Counted from the first letter of the stretch, positions 1-9,688 are shown. The stretch: 64,000 bases of DNA from an uncultured Candidatus Saccharibacteria bacterium (GCA_964467385.1 CAYXQC010000003.1:37798-101797); one strand, 5' to 3'. Made by a program: numbers and translations. Notes: generated by a model from the sequence alone, not told the origin.

Positions 1-1125
1 AGGTCTAACCTGTGACTGGCTCATACCCTCGATGTTGTATTCCACTGGGTCTTCGAGTGAAAGTACGTTTTGTGTTTCTCTATCAATTGCATTGATCATT
101 GAATACAGTGTTGTGGTTTTACCAGAACCAGTTGGCCCAGAGATAAGTATGAGACCATAGGGACGCTTGAGCGCTTTTTGAATCATCTCAAGACTTCGTG
201 CAGGAAGACCGAGTTTATCAAGTGCCTGCACACCCCTTTGTTGATCCAAGATTCGCATCACTACTTTTTCACCAAAATATGTTGGGAACGTAGAAACACG
301 GAAGTCAATTTTTCGCCCATCGATTCTTGCAGAAAATCGTCCGTCCTGAGGCTTTCGTTTTTCATCAAGCTTCATATTACAAAGCACTTTAATTCGTGCC
401 ACTACTGCATCGAGTACCTTGATCGGAAGGACAAGGCTTGTATTTAAAACACCATCTACTCGAAATCGCACACGTACCTTATCTCGAAGCGGTTCGATGT
501 GAATATCAGATGCCTCACCTTCAATTGCATATCGAAGTGTTGTAGCTACAATTTTTGTCACCGGAGCATCTTCGATAATATTAACCTGTCCATCAGCACC
601 AGTTTTTGTCACGATTTCATCATCACGACTCATTTCAATATTTGCACTTGCAGTATTGAATTCAGATTCGAGATCACCGAGCGCTTTATTTACTTCACCT
701 GTAAAACCCTTGTACGACTGAAGAACTTTCTGAAAGTCATCCTCAGAAACAACATATACCTTAAATGGCATATTTGCCTTAGCGGAGATGAAATTGAGAG
801 CGTCTCGAGCTTCAATATTGTCGGGATCAACCACACCCACTTCAAGCACTCCATCTTTTATATTGATCGGAATGATTTTGTAATGAAGCGCTGATTCTTC
901 TGGAATGAATTTAAGAATTTCAAATGGAACTTCCCTATCTTCAAGTGAAACACTTGGAATATTAAGAAGTTCGCTTTTTGCTTTAGCGATTGCGGATGCA
1001 CTAATACCACGTTCACGAAGCACTTCTTCTACAGGCCGCCCACTTGAAGCCGCTTCTTCTTTTATATATGTCACATCATCTGGTGTAATAATGTTCTGTT
1101 TTGCGAGTGTATCGAGAAAAGTCAT
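1..1125 (-). CDS. pilB: Type IV pilus assembly ATPase, PilB/GspE family (runs off the left edge)
   Basis: Read manually from ATG 1125 (MTFLDTLAKQ...). Contains ASDIHIEP, RKPQDGR, Walker A GPTGSGKTT and SLEDPVEY; downstream of pilM-N-O. Confidence 0.9.
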   Translation of the reverse strand, partial: MTFLDTLAKQNIITPDDVTYIKEEAASSGRPVEEVLRERGISASAIAKAKSELLNIPSVSLEDREVPFEILKFIPEESALHYKIIPINIKDGVLEVGVVDPDNIEARDALNFISAKANMPFKVYVVSEDDFQKVLQSYKGFTGEVNKALGDLESEFNTASANIEMSRDDEIVTKTGADGQVNIIEDAPVTKIVATTLRYAIEGEASDIHIEPLRDKVRVRFRVDGVLNTSLVLPIKVLDAVVARIKVLCNMKLDEKRKPQDGRFSARIDGRKIDFRVSTFPTYFGEKVVMRILDQQRGVQALDKLGLPARSLEMIQKALKRPYGLILISGPTGSGKTTTLYSMINAIDRETQNVLSLEDPVEYNIEGMSQSQVRP

Positions 1126-1148
1126 GTATTTTATTTTACGCTACGCAA

Positions 1149-1622
1149 TTATTTCTTTGTAGCAGGTTTTGTAGCAGGTTTTGTTGAGGTTGAGGTTGGT
1201 TTTGAAATTGTTTCAATACTTCCGACATCAAATGCATCACCGAAAGAGTTTGAAAGCGATGCACTGCCTCCAAGTGCAGAAAAGTCAGTATCAAGTGGCG
1301 CAAAAGGATTTTGGCGGCCTATTTCCTGAGGAATAATTTGCTTACTAAATGACCGAAGACCTTGATATACAGGATCAGCAAATAGATTAAGATTAAATTT
1401 AATACTTTGAATCGCTAAAAGCTGGGTAACGAATTCTTTACCAGGACCATCAAGTGCAGCTGAGCCAGCTTGACCAGCTTGTGCAAAAGCAATGGATTGT
1501 TTTGTAATCACCTTTGAATTCGAAGATGTGCTCGATCCCCCCTTTCCAGTTACCATACTATATCCCACAAATGCAAGCATGATGACGACAGCTATGATTA
1601 TGATTTTTTTGATATTAAACAT
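1149..1622 (-). CDS. Pilus-cluster membrane-anchored protein (PilP-like position)
   Basis: N-terminal TM helix, GRQNPFAP motif, lies between pilO and pilB. Confidence 0.55.
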   Translation of the reverse strand: MFNIKKIIIIAVVIMLAFVGYSMVTGKGGSSTSSNSKVITKQSIAFAQAGQAGSAALDGPGKEFVTQLLAIQSIKFNLNLFADPVYQGLRSFSKQIIPQEIGRQNPFAPLDTDFSALGGSASLSNSFGDAFDVGSIETISKPTSTSTKPATKPATKK

Positions 1623-1629
1623 GGTTTTA

Positions 1630-2178
1630 TTATTTGAGCCAATATGTTTGCAATGTTACATTAAACTCATATCGACCATCTTTATTTGAAGTAAATGTAA
1701 GTGCAGTTACATCAACCAAACGCTCGCTCGACTCCAAATCTTTTAGAAAAGCGATGAAGTTTTCGTAAGTTGAAGTAACTGAGAACGAAAGTGAGATGGT
1801 ACCGTATTTTTTTGAATCAGGACCAGCTACGACCGCTGCAGATTTTGACGCAGAAGTTGATCCGTCATTCACGCGAGTATTTCTAATCCGCATACCATAA
1901 ATACCGGCAATGTTATCGATGTCGATAATAAGGCCAACATTTTCAACACCATCAGGAAGCATCTTCTTGATCTTATCAGCATCGTCCTGTGAGATTTTCT
2001 TTCGATCGTCTGTAAGTTTTTGTCGAACTGCTCGGAGTGTAGCAGCTTTATTGTTTGCTTCTACGATTTTATCTCGATCGTCAACATGAGACTTTAATGT
2101 TTGATACTGTGGATTCGTGTAGAAAAAGAACAGTGCGATGGCTCCGAGTATAAAGATGATTGGCATTATTCTTTTCAT
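1630..2178 (-). CDS. pilO: Type IV pilus assembly protein PilO
   Basis: N-terminal TM, coiled coil, C-terminal YENFIAFLKDLESSERLVDV typical of PilO; gene order. Confidence 0.8.
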   Translation of the reverse strand: MKRIMPIIFILGAIALFFFYTNPQYQTLKSHVDDRDKIVEANNKAATLRAVRQKLTDDRKKISQDDADKIKKMLPDGVENVGLIIDIDNIAGIYGMRIRNTRVNDGSTSASKSAAVVAGPDSKKYGTISLSFSVTSTYENFIAFLKDLESSERLVDVTALTFTSNKDGRYEFNVTLQTYWLK

Positions 2179-2187
2179 GTTCTTGGT

Positions 2188-2964
2188 TTAATTATTTGAA
2201 GCTTTATTGGTGCCATTAGTCTTATCGCCTGATGTTTGCACAAAACCTTTACCATTATCAGCTGCACCTGCAGCACTTTCATCACCTACATTAAAATCTA
2301 CACCACTATCCATTCCGCCATTTACCCCAGTTGATCCAGAGTTAAAATTTGCCGGTGCACCATTTGCAGAATATTCTTCTTTCTTGAGTTTATAGTAATC
2401 AACTAGAAGAGGGTCGATATTTGTAGAAAATGTAAATGAAACATTGCCCTGATTATCAAGTGTCAGATCACCAAAGAGCGGGCTTCTAAATACATTTTTC
2501 AAATCTGGATTAGTGAACTCTTTTGACTGAAGTGCTACAGTTTCGTAGCTCGTCGCCTGTCCTTTCATCGTAAGGCTGATCTTGTCATCAGTTCCGGCAT
2601 ATGAAAAATCATTGAATCGAACATTTCTAAGTGTTGAATTGGCGAGCACAAGGAATAGAGTTGAGACGCTCTTGTGTTTCTTGAGCAGTGTTTCAGCAGC
2701 ATTGATTCGATCGTTTAGTCTCGTGAGCTCGCTGATCGTATTTGGATCAAATGCGTTCTTATTCAAAGTGAGCTGGTTTGTTCCAGCTTGAATGCTTTTA
2801 TTTACAACTTGTGCATATATAAAGACACCTCCGGCTGCGGCTACACTCGCCATAAACGCAATAAATGAGAGCAAGAAAAAGAGACTTGACGCCGAAGCAT
2901 GATGGGGAGCTTCTGCTGTCACTGGTTGTTTTGGAATAAATGATGTTTGGAATTTTGTTTCCAT
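2188..2964 (-). CDS. PilN-like fimbrial assembly protein
   Basis: FQTSFIPK start, single TM, ferredoxin-like periplasmic part; between pilM and pilO. Confidence 0.7.
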   Translation of the reverse strand: METKFQTSFIPKQPVTAEAPHHASASSLFFLLSFIAFMASVAAAGGVFIYAQVVNKSIQAGTNQLTLNKNAFDPNTISELTRLNDRINAAETLLKKHKSVSTLFLVLANSTLRNVRFNDFSYAGTDDKISLTMKGQATSYETVALQSKEFTNPDLKNVFRSPLFGDLTLDNQGNVSFTFSTNIDPLLVDYYKLKKEEYSANGAPANFNSGSTGVNGGMDSGVDFNVGDESAAGAADNGKGFVQTSGDKTNGTNKASNN

Positions 2965-3036
2965 GTGCGCTTATACCTATTTCGTGTTTTATTATATCAC
3001 TTCGTGGAAATAAACGACAATAGAGTTGTGTATATT

Positions 3037-4161
3037 TTAGTTCAATTCTTGCAATTTTCGAAGTGCGAGACCAAGTGCAGTAGAAAATTCGAGACCAGTA
3101 ACCTTTAACACATCTTCGAGAAAGGCTGGTGATTCTACTTTATTGAATGGAGTTCCCATTACAACTTCAGTTTGAAAATTCGCTCGTGCCATTTCAAGTA
3201 CCCCCTTCATTGATACACCCCCTCCTGTCAAAATCACCTTACTAATGGCTTTATTGAATTTTCGTTGATAGTTTAATATAACTGTATTTGCCTCAGAGAA
3301 AATATAATCAAGTGTCAAAGAAACAATCTCATAGATATTTTTTTCTTCACCTGGAGAACCTGCACCGAGATTTCGTTTCAAATGCTCCGCACGGTCAAAT
3401 GTCAGATTCATACCCTTCGAAATGCTTACGGTGATTTCCTGTGAGCCACGATTGATAATATGTGAATACTTCACAACCCCCTTTTCCAAAATATAAATCT
3501 TCGTAGAGGACGCACCCATATCAAAAATCATCACGGGCAGATTTTCACCAGCAAGAAGTGCACGTGTTGAGCTAAACATTTCTATTTCAAAGAAACTTGT
3601 GTTGAGTCCAGCATCACGCACAATTGAGCTGTACGTACTCAAGACATCATTGTGAATAGAGACCACAAGCACCTGAATCTTATGCTTATCTGAGACCTGA
3701 TTATTATCTTCATCAACACCCTCAGCAAAATCAAGATCGCTCGCAGAATCAGTTGGCACCACCCACCAATCCATAGTCACTTCATTGATAGGAACTGGAA
3801 TATATTTTCGTGCTTCAAGAGGAATCATTTCCTGAAGTTGATGCGGATCAGCTGACGGAAGATCAATAAGAGATACGAGACTTGATTTGAACGGAATAGA
3901 CACACCGGCGCTATTAGTAGTCACATTCGCCTCTTTGAGTACGTCTTTGATTGCCTCGGCAATTTTATCAGCCGGCAAGTTAGTAGATTGACCGACTGTC
4001 AACCCTGCGTATGGACCAAGTGCCAATTCACCATAGGTTTCAAGTACCGCTCGTCCTTTTTTCTTGCGAAGTTGTACAACTTTTATAGATGAAGAACCCA
4101 CATCAACACCAATGACACTCTCGTTAGGCTGCTTGAAGAAATTTTGAAGGAAATTTGACAT
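3037..4161 (-). CDS. pilM: Type IV pilus assembly protein PilM
   Basis: Actin-like ATPase motifs IGVDVGSSSIKVVQ, FDMGASST, ILTGGG, ALGLALR. Confidence 0.93.
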   Translation of the reverse strand: MSNFLQNFFKQPNESVIGVDVGSSSIKVVQLRKKKGRAVLETYGELALGPYAGLTVGQSTNLPADKIAEAIKDVLKEANVTTNSAGVSIPFKSSLVSLIDLPSADPHQLQEMIPLEARKYIPVPINEVTMDWWVVPTDSASDLDFAEGVDEDNNQVSDKHKIQVLVVSIHNDVLSTYSSIVRDAGLNTSFFEIEMFSSTRALLAGENLPVMIFDMGASSTKIYILEKGVVKYSHIINRGSQEITVSISKGMNLTFDRAEHLKRNLGAGSPGEEKNIYEIVSLTLDYIFSEANTVILNYQRKFNKAISKVILTGGGVSMKGVLEMARANFQTEVVMGTPFNKVESPAFLEDVLKVTGLEFSTALGLALRKLQELN

Positions 4162-4223
4162 GTTCTAAGTACAATACGTCTACACGATGCGCTTGCTCTC
4201 TAGTATATATCACTCCCGTAACA

Positions 4224-5075
4224 ATGAAAATAGCAATTACTACATTAGCAATAAGGTTTTTTACAAATACAGTACGAATTATGCTCAATGGGCTCTTTTT
4301 CCTTATAGCTGTACTTTTTCCATCAAAGAGTATTAAACATAATGAAGTTGAAATAGGCGCAGAAATTTTCACGTCGCAAAGCAACAAACAATCAAAAGTT
4401 AAAATGGACAATTTGTGCACATTCACTGAAGCAAAAGTACCAGTTCTCTATAAATTTAACTATCGCAATCTAGAAATTAAACGACTGGTGTGGCAATTTA
4501 AATATTATAAAAATAAAGCATCTAGAGAAGCACTCGAAATACTCGGTGATCATCTGTATGACGAGCTTGTCTCTATAGTATCCGACCGTATCTGCGCAAT
4601 TCCCTTTCAAAAATCAGTTGTATTAGTACACTGTCCATCTTCGACTTATTTTAAAGGTGAAAAAGATTTTGATCATATGAAAGAATTACTTTTGTACATT
4701 GATTATGTCGGAAATACTCATTCGAAGGGATTCATCGAGCGACAATCTACGAATTTTTTTACAATTTGCACGCATGCCATTTTGCCAAATCTAAAAAGTG
4801 GCACACAGAAACAAGCACAACACTTTGGAAACCGTGCCGAAAGGTTTAAATGGTCAAAAGATAGATTTATAATTTCAGAAAGATTTGAAGAGTATTTTAG
4901 GCAATCTGTGATCGAAAATCCACTCGTAGAGCAACAAATGGCGTACAAACCGCATATACCATATATATATTGTATAGATGACGTAGTTACAACTGGGGCC
5001 AGTTTTGAAGCCATATCGGCTATGCTACAGTGCAAACTTGGCGTCAATGTAAATTGTGTCGCACTTTGCCACTAA
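4224..5075 (+). CDS. comF: ComF-like phosphoribosyltransferase-fold competence protein
   Basis: LVWQFKY, R-F and IDDVVTTGAS PRT motif; divergent from pilM. Start codon uncertain. Confidence 0.7.
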   Translation: MKIAITTLAIRFFTNTVRIMLNGLFFLIAVLFPSKSIKHNEVEIGAEIFTSQSNKQSKVKMDNLCTFTEAKVPVLYKFNYRNLEIKRLVWQFKYYKNKASREALEILGDHLYDELVSIVSDRICAIPFQKSVVLVHCPSSTYFKGEKDFDHMKELLLYIDYVGNTHSKGFIERQSTNFFTICTHAILPNLKSGTQKQAQHFGNRAERFKWSKDRFIISERFEEYFRQSVIENPLVEQQMAYKPHIPYIYCIDDVVTTGASFEAISAMLQCKLGVNVNCVALCH

Positions 5076-5104
5076 ATATGGTATCTTGTCTCTACAAACC
5101 ACAT

Positions 5105-5193
5105 GGAGACGTGTCAGAGTGGTCGAATGTGCCTCTTTGCTAAAGAGGTGGGCCTTTAAAAGGGTCCCGAGGGTTCGAATCCCTCCGTCTCCG
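5105..5193 (+). tRNA. tRNA-Ser(GCT)
   Basis: GGAGACG/CGTCTCC acceptor stem, D-loop AGTGGTC, anticodon stem CCTCT-TTGCTAA-AGAGG, long variable arm, GGTTCGAATCC T-arm. Confidence 0.96.
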
Positions 5194-5194
5194 C
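5174..5194 (+). repeat. tRNA-Ser 3' end, copy 1 of a 21-bp direct repeat
   Basis: TTCGAATCCCTCCGTCTCCGC is identical at 5174-5194 and 18385-18405. Confidence 0.95.
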
Positions 5195-5317
5195 CTTGAC
5201 AATTTAGTATCGGCGTGACCCTATTACTCGCGGGAGTAGGGCGACCCACGTACCTACTAGATTGCACAAAACACCAAGAGAATTCTCTTGGTGTTTTGTT
5301 GTTTATATAATTATGAA

Positions 5318-6004
5318 ATGAATTTTGGGAAAGCTATTAAAACCATCACTAAACTTCTCAAGAAAGAAAAGCCTAAAACATTTAGCAGTTCTTGGATTTC
5401 TACCCGTTCTCCTCTCGTATATCACTTCATCAGAGTTAACTTTAGAACCGAAAATAACCACATAGACTGGGACAAGGTCACAGCGGCCCTCGATCCTAAG
5501 TATGCAAAGTGCTGGATGCGTTACAAACGCAAGGTTGCCAAGCCTTACGAGAATCAGATAGAGGTGGATATCATACTTACGAAGTACAAAGACAAGCTCT
5601 ACACCTTTGTCGCTCTTGTTGATGATGGTGATAAGGAAACAAGGAATCAGCTGATCATCGCTCTTGTCCGAATCGCCCAGAAAGGAAATATTCTCGCTCA
5701 ATTAGAACTTACGAAGTGGCTGAAGTATGTCGTCGATGATTGGGTCGATAAATATTACCCGCTATTTAAATGGAAGGGTTACACCGATGACATTGAAGAC
5801 AAGATCCATGGCTGTATTCGCTGTTACAAATACACCGGATCATTTCTTGGCTACTTGTTTAAAACGCTCGAATATTCTGGTCGTGGCATACGACCCCTTC
5901 AAGCATGGTCGCTTGATAAGAATGTCGGTGATGACGGTGCAACGATGATTGATTTCGTTGCTCAGGATAGTGAAACGGGAGAGGTGAAGTTGTTCGGGAG
6001 GTAA
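5318..6004 (+). CDS. Hypothetical protein with a sigma-factor-like C-terminal region
   Basis: C-terminal ...GCIRCYKYTGSFLGYL...SLDKNVGDDGATMIDFV resembles sigma regions 2-3; TATAAT lies 6 nt before the ATG. Confidence 0.5.
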   Translation: MNFGKAIKTITKLLKKEKPKTFSSSWISTRSPLVYHFIRVNFRTENNHIDWDKVTAALDPKYAKCWMRYKRKVAKPYENQIEVDIILTKYKDKLYTFVALVDDGDKETRNQLIIALVRIAQKGNILAQLELTKWLKYVVDDWVDKYYPLFKWKGYTDDIEDKIHGCIRCYKYTGSFLGYLFKTLEYSGRGIRPLQAWSLDKNVGDDGATMIDFVAQDSETGEVKLFGR

Positions 6005-6023
6005 TTATTGATACTCGCTCTGT

Positions 6024-6866
6024 CTAAATTATTCTCCCGTCAATTTCGTGGAATAGATTACTGACCATGATAAGGCGACCGAGCGCATCGTGGTGCGGAA
6101 GTTGATCTTCGTCGCCGTGGCTAAGATTGTTTCTCCACCAGTGCATAATACCCATGGTGGTGAGCTTGAAGCCGAGTTGCTTATTGATCTCCTGCGGTGT
6201 TGATAGAGCGTTGAACTTTATTTTCGGGTTCTGTTCACTGAAAACAGCCGCCATCAAATCAGGTCCTTGCTTGTCATGAGTGCTTGTAAGGTCTTGGACC
6301 GTCTTCTCGAACCTTTCAAGAGCTTTCCTCACTGACTCGTTGATATGACCTTCGATGAACATCTTTTTGCAGTCAGGAAGAAGTGAGGGATGAAGAACGT
6401 ATGCATCCAAGATTTTCTGAATCGCTATCGGAGGCGGAACTGTCTTCGGTCTTTCCTTTGGAAGATTCATTGCCACAATTTCTGATTCAAGATCAATGTT
6501 GAGAGCCTTAAGTCGCGCTGAGAGTCCAAGAGCTTCAGCTTCCAATACGGGATCGCCTTTCTCGTGTCGCTTTTCTATCGCCTTCGGTAGCATCTCTCGC
6601 ACGAGGATTTTTATAGTTCTCGGCTTCTGGCAGTAAAGATTTCGCAGGAACTCGTAGAAAGATTCCTTTTTGTTGGCCGCCTTGGCGGGAAGATATTTCG
6701 ACAGACCCCTTTCTTTAGCAATGGTCGTCAAAGAAAAGGAGCTTCGGAATCCCGAAAGAGCAATGAGCTTCCCGAGCTGTTCCGCGAGTGCGCGGATTGC
6801 CTGAGTCTGCGGTGCTGTGACAGTTACTCTTTTCTTCGCAATCTTTTTCTTGGTTTTCTTTTTCAT
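6024..6866 (-). CDS. TIGR02391 (Ymh-like) domain protein
   Basis: C-terminal ESVRKALERFEKTVQDLT...DGPDLMAAVFS-like segment (KQGPDLMAAVFS) and WRNNLSHG (R-x4-H, HEPN-like). Confidence 0.75.
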   Translation of the reverse strand: MKKKTKKKIAKKRVTVTAPQTQAIRALAEQLGKLIALSGFRSSFSLTTIAKERGLSKYLPAKAANKKESFYEFLRNLYCQKPRTIKILVREMLPKAIEKRHEKGDPVLEAEALGLSARLKALNIDLESEIVAMNLPKERPKTVPPPIAIQKILDAYVLHPSLLPDCKKMFIEGHINESVRKALERFEKTVQDLTSTHDKQGPDLMAAVFSEQNPKIKFNALSTPQEINKQLGFKLTTMGIMHWWRNNLSHGDEDQLPHHDALGRLIMVSNLFHEIDGRII

Positions 6867-6869
6867 AAA

Positions 6870-7400
6870 TTATTTGGTCGTGTGGACATGGAATCCGCAG
6901 GCTCGGCAGATTCCGTTTATGTTGGCATCTCCGTTTACGTGGAATTCAAAGTTTTCCTTACCGCAAACAGAGCAAACAACTCGACCGCCACTGCGTTTCG
7001 TGGCATCAATCGTATCCAGTATGTCTCTCACGTTCAGAACGTATTTGTTTACCTGTTCACGGTCGTTCAGGTATCCCTGCACCCAGAGATTCGTTGTGAT
7101 TCTTCCTGCAGATGTTTCCTTGTAGTGAATCTTTCCCTCGTTCAGAAGTTTCTCCCAGTACTGCCGTGTCTTGCCATATTCTCTAGCCACATCGCCAGAA
7201 GACATGAGTGAGGCGTTATGGGGAATATATCCCTGATTTTCCATATTTTCTACGCAGGCTCGGATGCCTTCAGCGAGCGCACTCTCTTTTTCCTCCTTGG
7301 AAAATTCGCCAGTCAAATCAACACCGAGGCTCAAAGTGCCACCACTGCTTGTGTTGGCGTGCCAATAGAATTTTCGTTTGTCGTCTTTGGTTGCAGACAT
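6870..7400 (-). CDS. Putative DNA-binding protein (HTH plus zinc ribbon)
   Basis: MSSGDVAREYGKTRQYWEKLLNEGKI is HTH-like; CSVC...CRAC zinc ribbon. Confidence 0.6.
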   Translation of the reverse strand: MSATKDDKRKFYWHANTSSGGTLSLGVDLTGEFSKEEKESALAEGIRACVENMENQGYIPHNASLMSSGDVAREYGKTRQYWEKLLNEGKIHYKETSAGRITTNLWVQGYLNDREQVNKYVLNVRDILDTIDATKRSGGRVVCSVCGKENFEFHVNGDANINGICRACGFHVHTTK

Positions 7401-7442
7401 GGCATAAGTATATGCTTGTTGGTTTCTAAATGCAACCAGTTA

Positions 7443-7491
7443 TCTAATACACACGATGTATCAGATAGTATTAGTTTGTATCAGATTAATA
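7443..7491. repeat. Array of GTATYAR heptamers upstream of the HTH gene
   Basis: CTAATAC, GTATCAG, GTATTAG, GTATCAG, TTAATAC within about 50 bp. Confidence 0.55.
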
Positions 7492-7538
7492 CGGCTATAA
7501 GGTATGTAGCCGATTACGGCGGATTACAGCCGAAAGGC

Positions 7539-8867
7539 TTATTCCTTCACCAATGTCAGCGTTTTATCCTTGTATATAATTCTCGATCGCAGATTGGCCA
7601 ACAGCTCCCGCTTCTCACTCGTCATGCCTTCCTTGAGGATGTACTTGGCGTAGTTTCGGATATCGGTATCCTTGTCGGTCTTTATCTTCTCCGTTGCTCC
7701 AAGCACAGATCTTTGGAATATATTGTATCGATTTATCTCCTCCTCAAGCTTCTGCCTCATGCCAAGCTCGTTGATGTTCACCTTGTCGAGAATTTTCAGA
7801 AGTTCAGTAATCAGTTCTTCTTCACGAATATATTTGTTCTTGCAGTTTCGGTCCCTAGCTCGTGAGCATGAGTAGTAGATGTAGCGGTTGGCACCTCCGT
7901 CCTTTAGTTGCTTCCATTTCTCCTCAGCCGATATGCCTGATTGGCAGTATCCGCATGTGAAGAGTTTGGTGAAGGCGAACTCCTTCGTTTCTCGCACGAT
8001 CTGGTCGCGCTTCAACTGTGCTTTCGTTTTCTCGAACAGTTCTTGAGTGATCAAGGGCTGATGTTTTCCCTGATACCAGTTGCCGCTTTCCCTTGGTCTT
8101 TCAAATATTCCGTAGTAGAAGGGATTCTCTAGGATTCGATACACACCACTCAGGGTCAGAGGTCTGTTTCCACGTGTATGGAAATTCAGCTCGAACCTCA
8201 TCCAGTTGTATACCTTTCTTCCAGACCATTGCTCATATGCAACTTTCTCGAACATCTTCTTGATGATTGGCGCTCTCTGCGGATCCACAAGCACCTGACC
8301 TTTCTTGTCCATATGCTTTTGATTGAGATATCCAAGCGGTGCCGTTCCGACCCATAGTCCCATCTCGCATCGGGTTCTTAGTCCTCGCTTCACGTTGATG
8401 CCTCGATTGTCATTCTCCAATTTTGCTTGGCTACACAGAATCATCAGCATGAACTTGTCGTTCGGGCTGTTGGTGAATCTTTGGCCGTAGGTGCGGATGT
8501 CCTGCAGATAATTTCCGTCCATAAGATCGATCACTTTTCCGAGATCGCCTGCGTTTCTTGAAATACGGTCTGGTGCCCACGTCAGGATGCCGTTAAACTT
8601 TCCTTGCTTGATCTCATCCACGATCTCATTGAAGACGGGGCGCTGCCCAGTCTCCTTAGCCGAGTGCGATTCTCGCTTCATGGTCACGATCTCCAATCCT
8701 TCTCTTTCTGCCAGTTGGAGCATCTCATTGATCTGGCTATCAATGCTCAAAACCTGCCGTTCCTCCGATTCCGTCGACTTTCTTGCGTAAAGGCAGTATT
8801 TCACCTTTACGGGGCTTGCTACTTTGGCCGCAGTCCCTAATGGCTCTGGTCCTTGTATTTTTGTCAT
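7539..8867 (-). CDS. Large serine recombinase
   Basis: YARKST catalytic motif, SIDSQ, DRISRN, recombinase domain (NPFYYG, HQPLIT), CGYC...YYSC...C zinc ribbon. Confidence 0.95.
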   Translation of the reverse strand: MTKIQGPEPLGTAAKVASPVKVKYCLYARKSTESEERQVLSIDSQINEMLQLAEREGLEIVTMKRESHSAKETGQRPVFNEIVDEIKQGKFNGILTWAPDRISRNAGDLGKVIDLMDGNYLQDIRTYGQRFTNSPNDKFMLMILCSQAKLENDNRGINVKRGLRTRCEMGLWVGTAPLGYLNQKHMDKKGQVLVDPQRAPIIKKMFEKVAYEQWSGRKVYNWMRFELNFHTRGNRPLTLSGVYRILENPFYYGIFERPRESGNWYQGKHQPLITQELFEKTKAQLKRDQIVRETKEFAFTKLFTCGYCQSGISAEEKWKQLKDGGANRYIYYSCSRARDRNCKNKYIREEELITELLKILDKVNINELGMRQKLEEEINRYNIFQRSVLGATEKIKTDKDTDIRNYAKYILKEGMTSEKRELLANLRSRIIYKDKTLTLVKE

Positions 8868-8940
8868 ACAACACAAGGAATGACGCAACTCGCCCCAAGA
8901 GTCCAGAGCGTCCCGAGTACCTCGAAGTTGGTAACTTTTG

Positions 8941-9200
8941 CCTGTGGAAAACCCAATAGGTGGTTAAGGAAGTTAACCAAAATCGGTAAATTTCGTTAAC
9001 CAGAACTGGTTAACTTTGTTAACACACAAAAGAAAGAGAAATATAGAGAAACTTAGTATTAGGTACAACCTGTGGAAAAACTAGTCTAGTAGGTAGACTA
9101 GTCTAAAATTCAGACTACTTTTGGTCTATTTAGTAGACCGCAAGTAGTCTACGAAGTAGACACACAAAATCTAGGAAACAAAGGGAAACCTAGTATTAGG
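8941..9200. repeat. Two tandem ~128-bp modules with conserved flanks and GTNNAC arrays
   Basis: Units 8941-9063 and 9069-9200 both start CCTGTGGAAAA and end ACACAAAA...GAAACYTAGTATTAGG. Confidence 0.8.
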
Positions 9201-9531
9201 GATCGGGTGTGGACAAAGGGTCAAAAGCCACGACCTCTTTCCTTAATTTCTCAAAATCTCTGAAAACCCTGTTGTATATCCTTATGACTTTTCCTTTGCG
9301 CTTCTTGGTATCGCCATTCTCAAGAAAATCGACGAGGTCATCGTCGATGAAGGAAGCGAGAGAAATGTATGAGGCGACCAATAGCCTAATCCGCTCCCTG
9401 ATCGCCATCTTCAGATGCCTCTTTGACTCAGGCAACTTTGAGATACGGTTAAAAGGAGTAGAGCCTGTTGGCTCATGGTATTTGAAATGCTTTGAGGCTT
9501 CTATGATTGCTTCGATATCATCGTCTTTCAC
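9196..9531 (-). CDS. Hypothetical protein
   Basis: 111-aa ORF with GTG start; its upstream region resembles that of the recombinase gene. Confidence 0.6.
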   Translation of the reverse strand: MKDDDIEAIIEASKHFKYHEPTGSTPFNRISKLPESKRHLKMAIRERIRLLVASYISLASFIDDDLVDFLENGDTKKRKGKVIRIYNRVFRDFEKLRKEVVAFDPLSTPDP

Positions 9532-9688
9532 CCCCTAACTGATGACGCTGTTCGCAAAGCCTGTCTAGACCCCTCAAAAGTCTCGAGGTTGGTAACCGAC
9601 TACACAAATTCCGATATGTAAGTTATGGTACTAAATGCCTCTAAAAATGCTTCACTTAAGGTCGTTTTTATGCTTTAATATAGCCATT

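Noticed and set aside
178-1162. Plus-strand ORFs of 89, 131 and 85 aa
   Set aside because: Antisense shadows of pilB, which the ORF track missed because it runs off the edge.
8941-9200. CRISPR array
   Set aside because: Only two long units, the variable parts are themselves motif arrays, and no cas genes are in the window.
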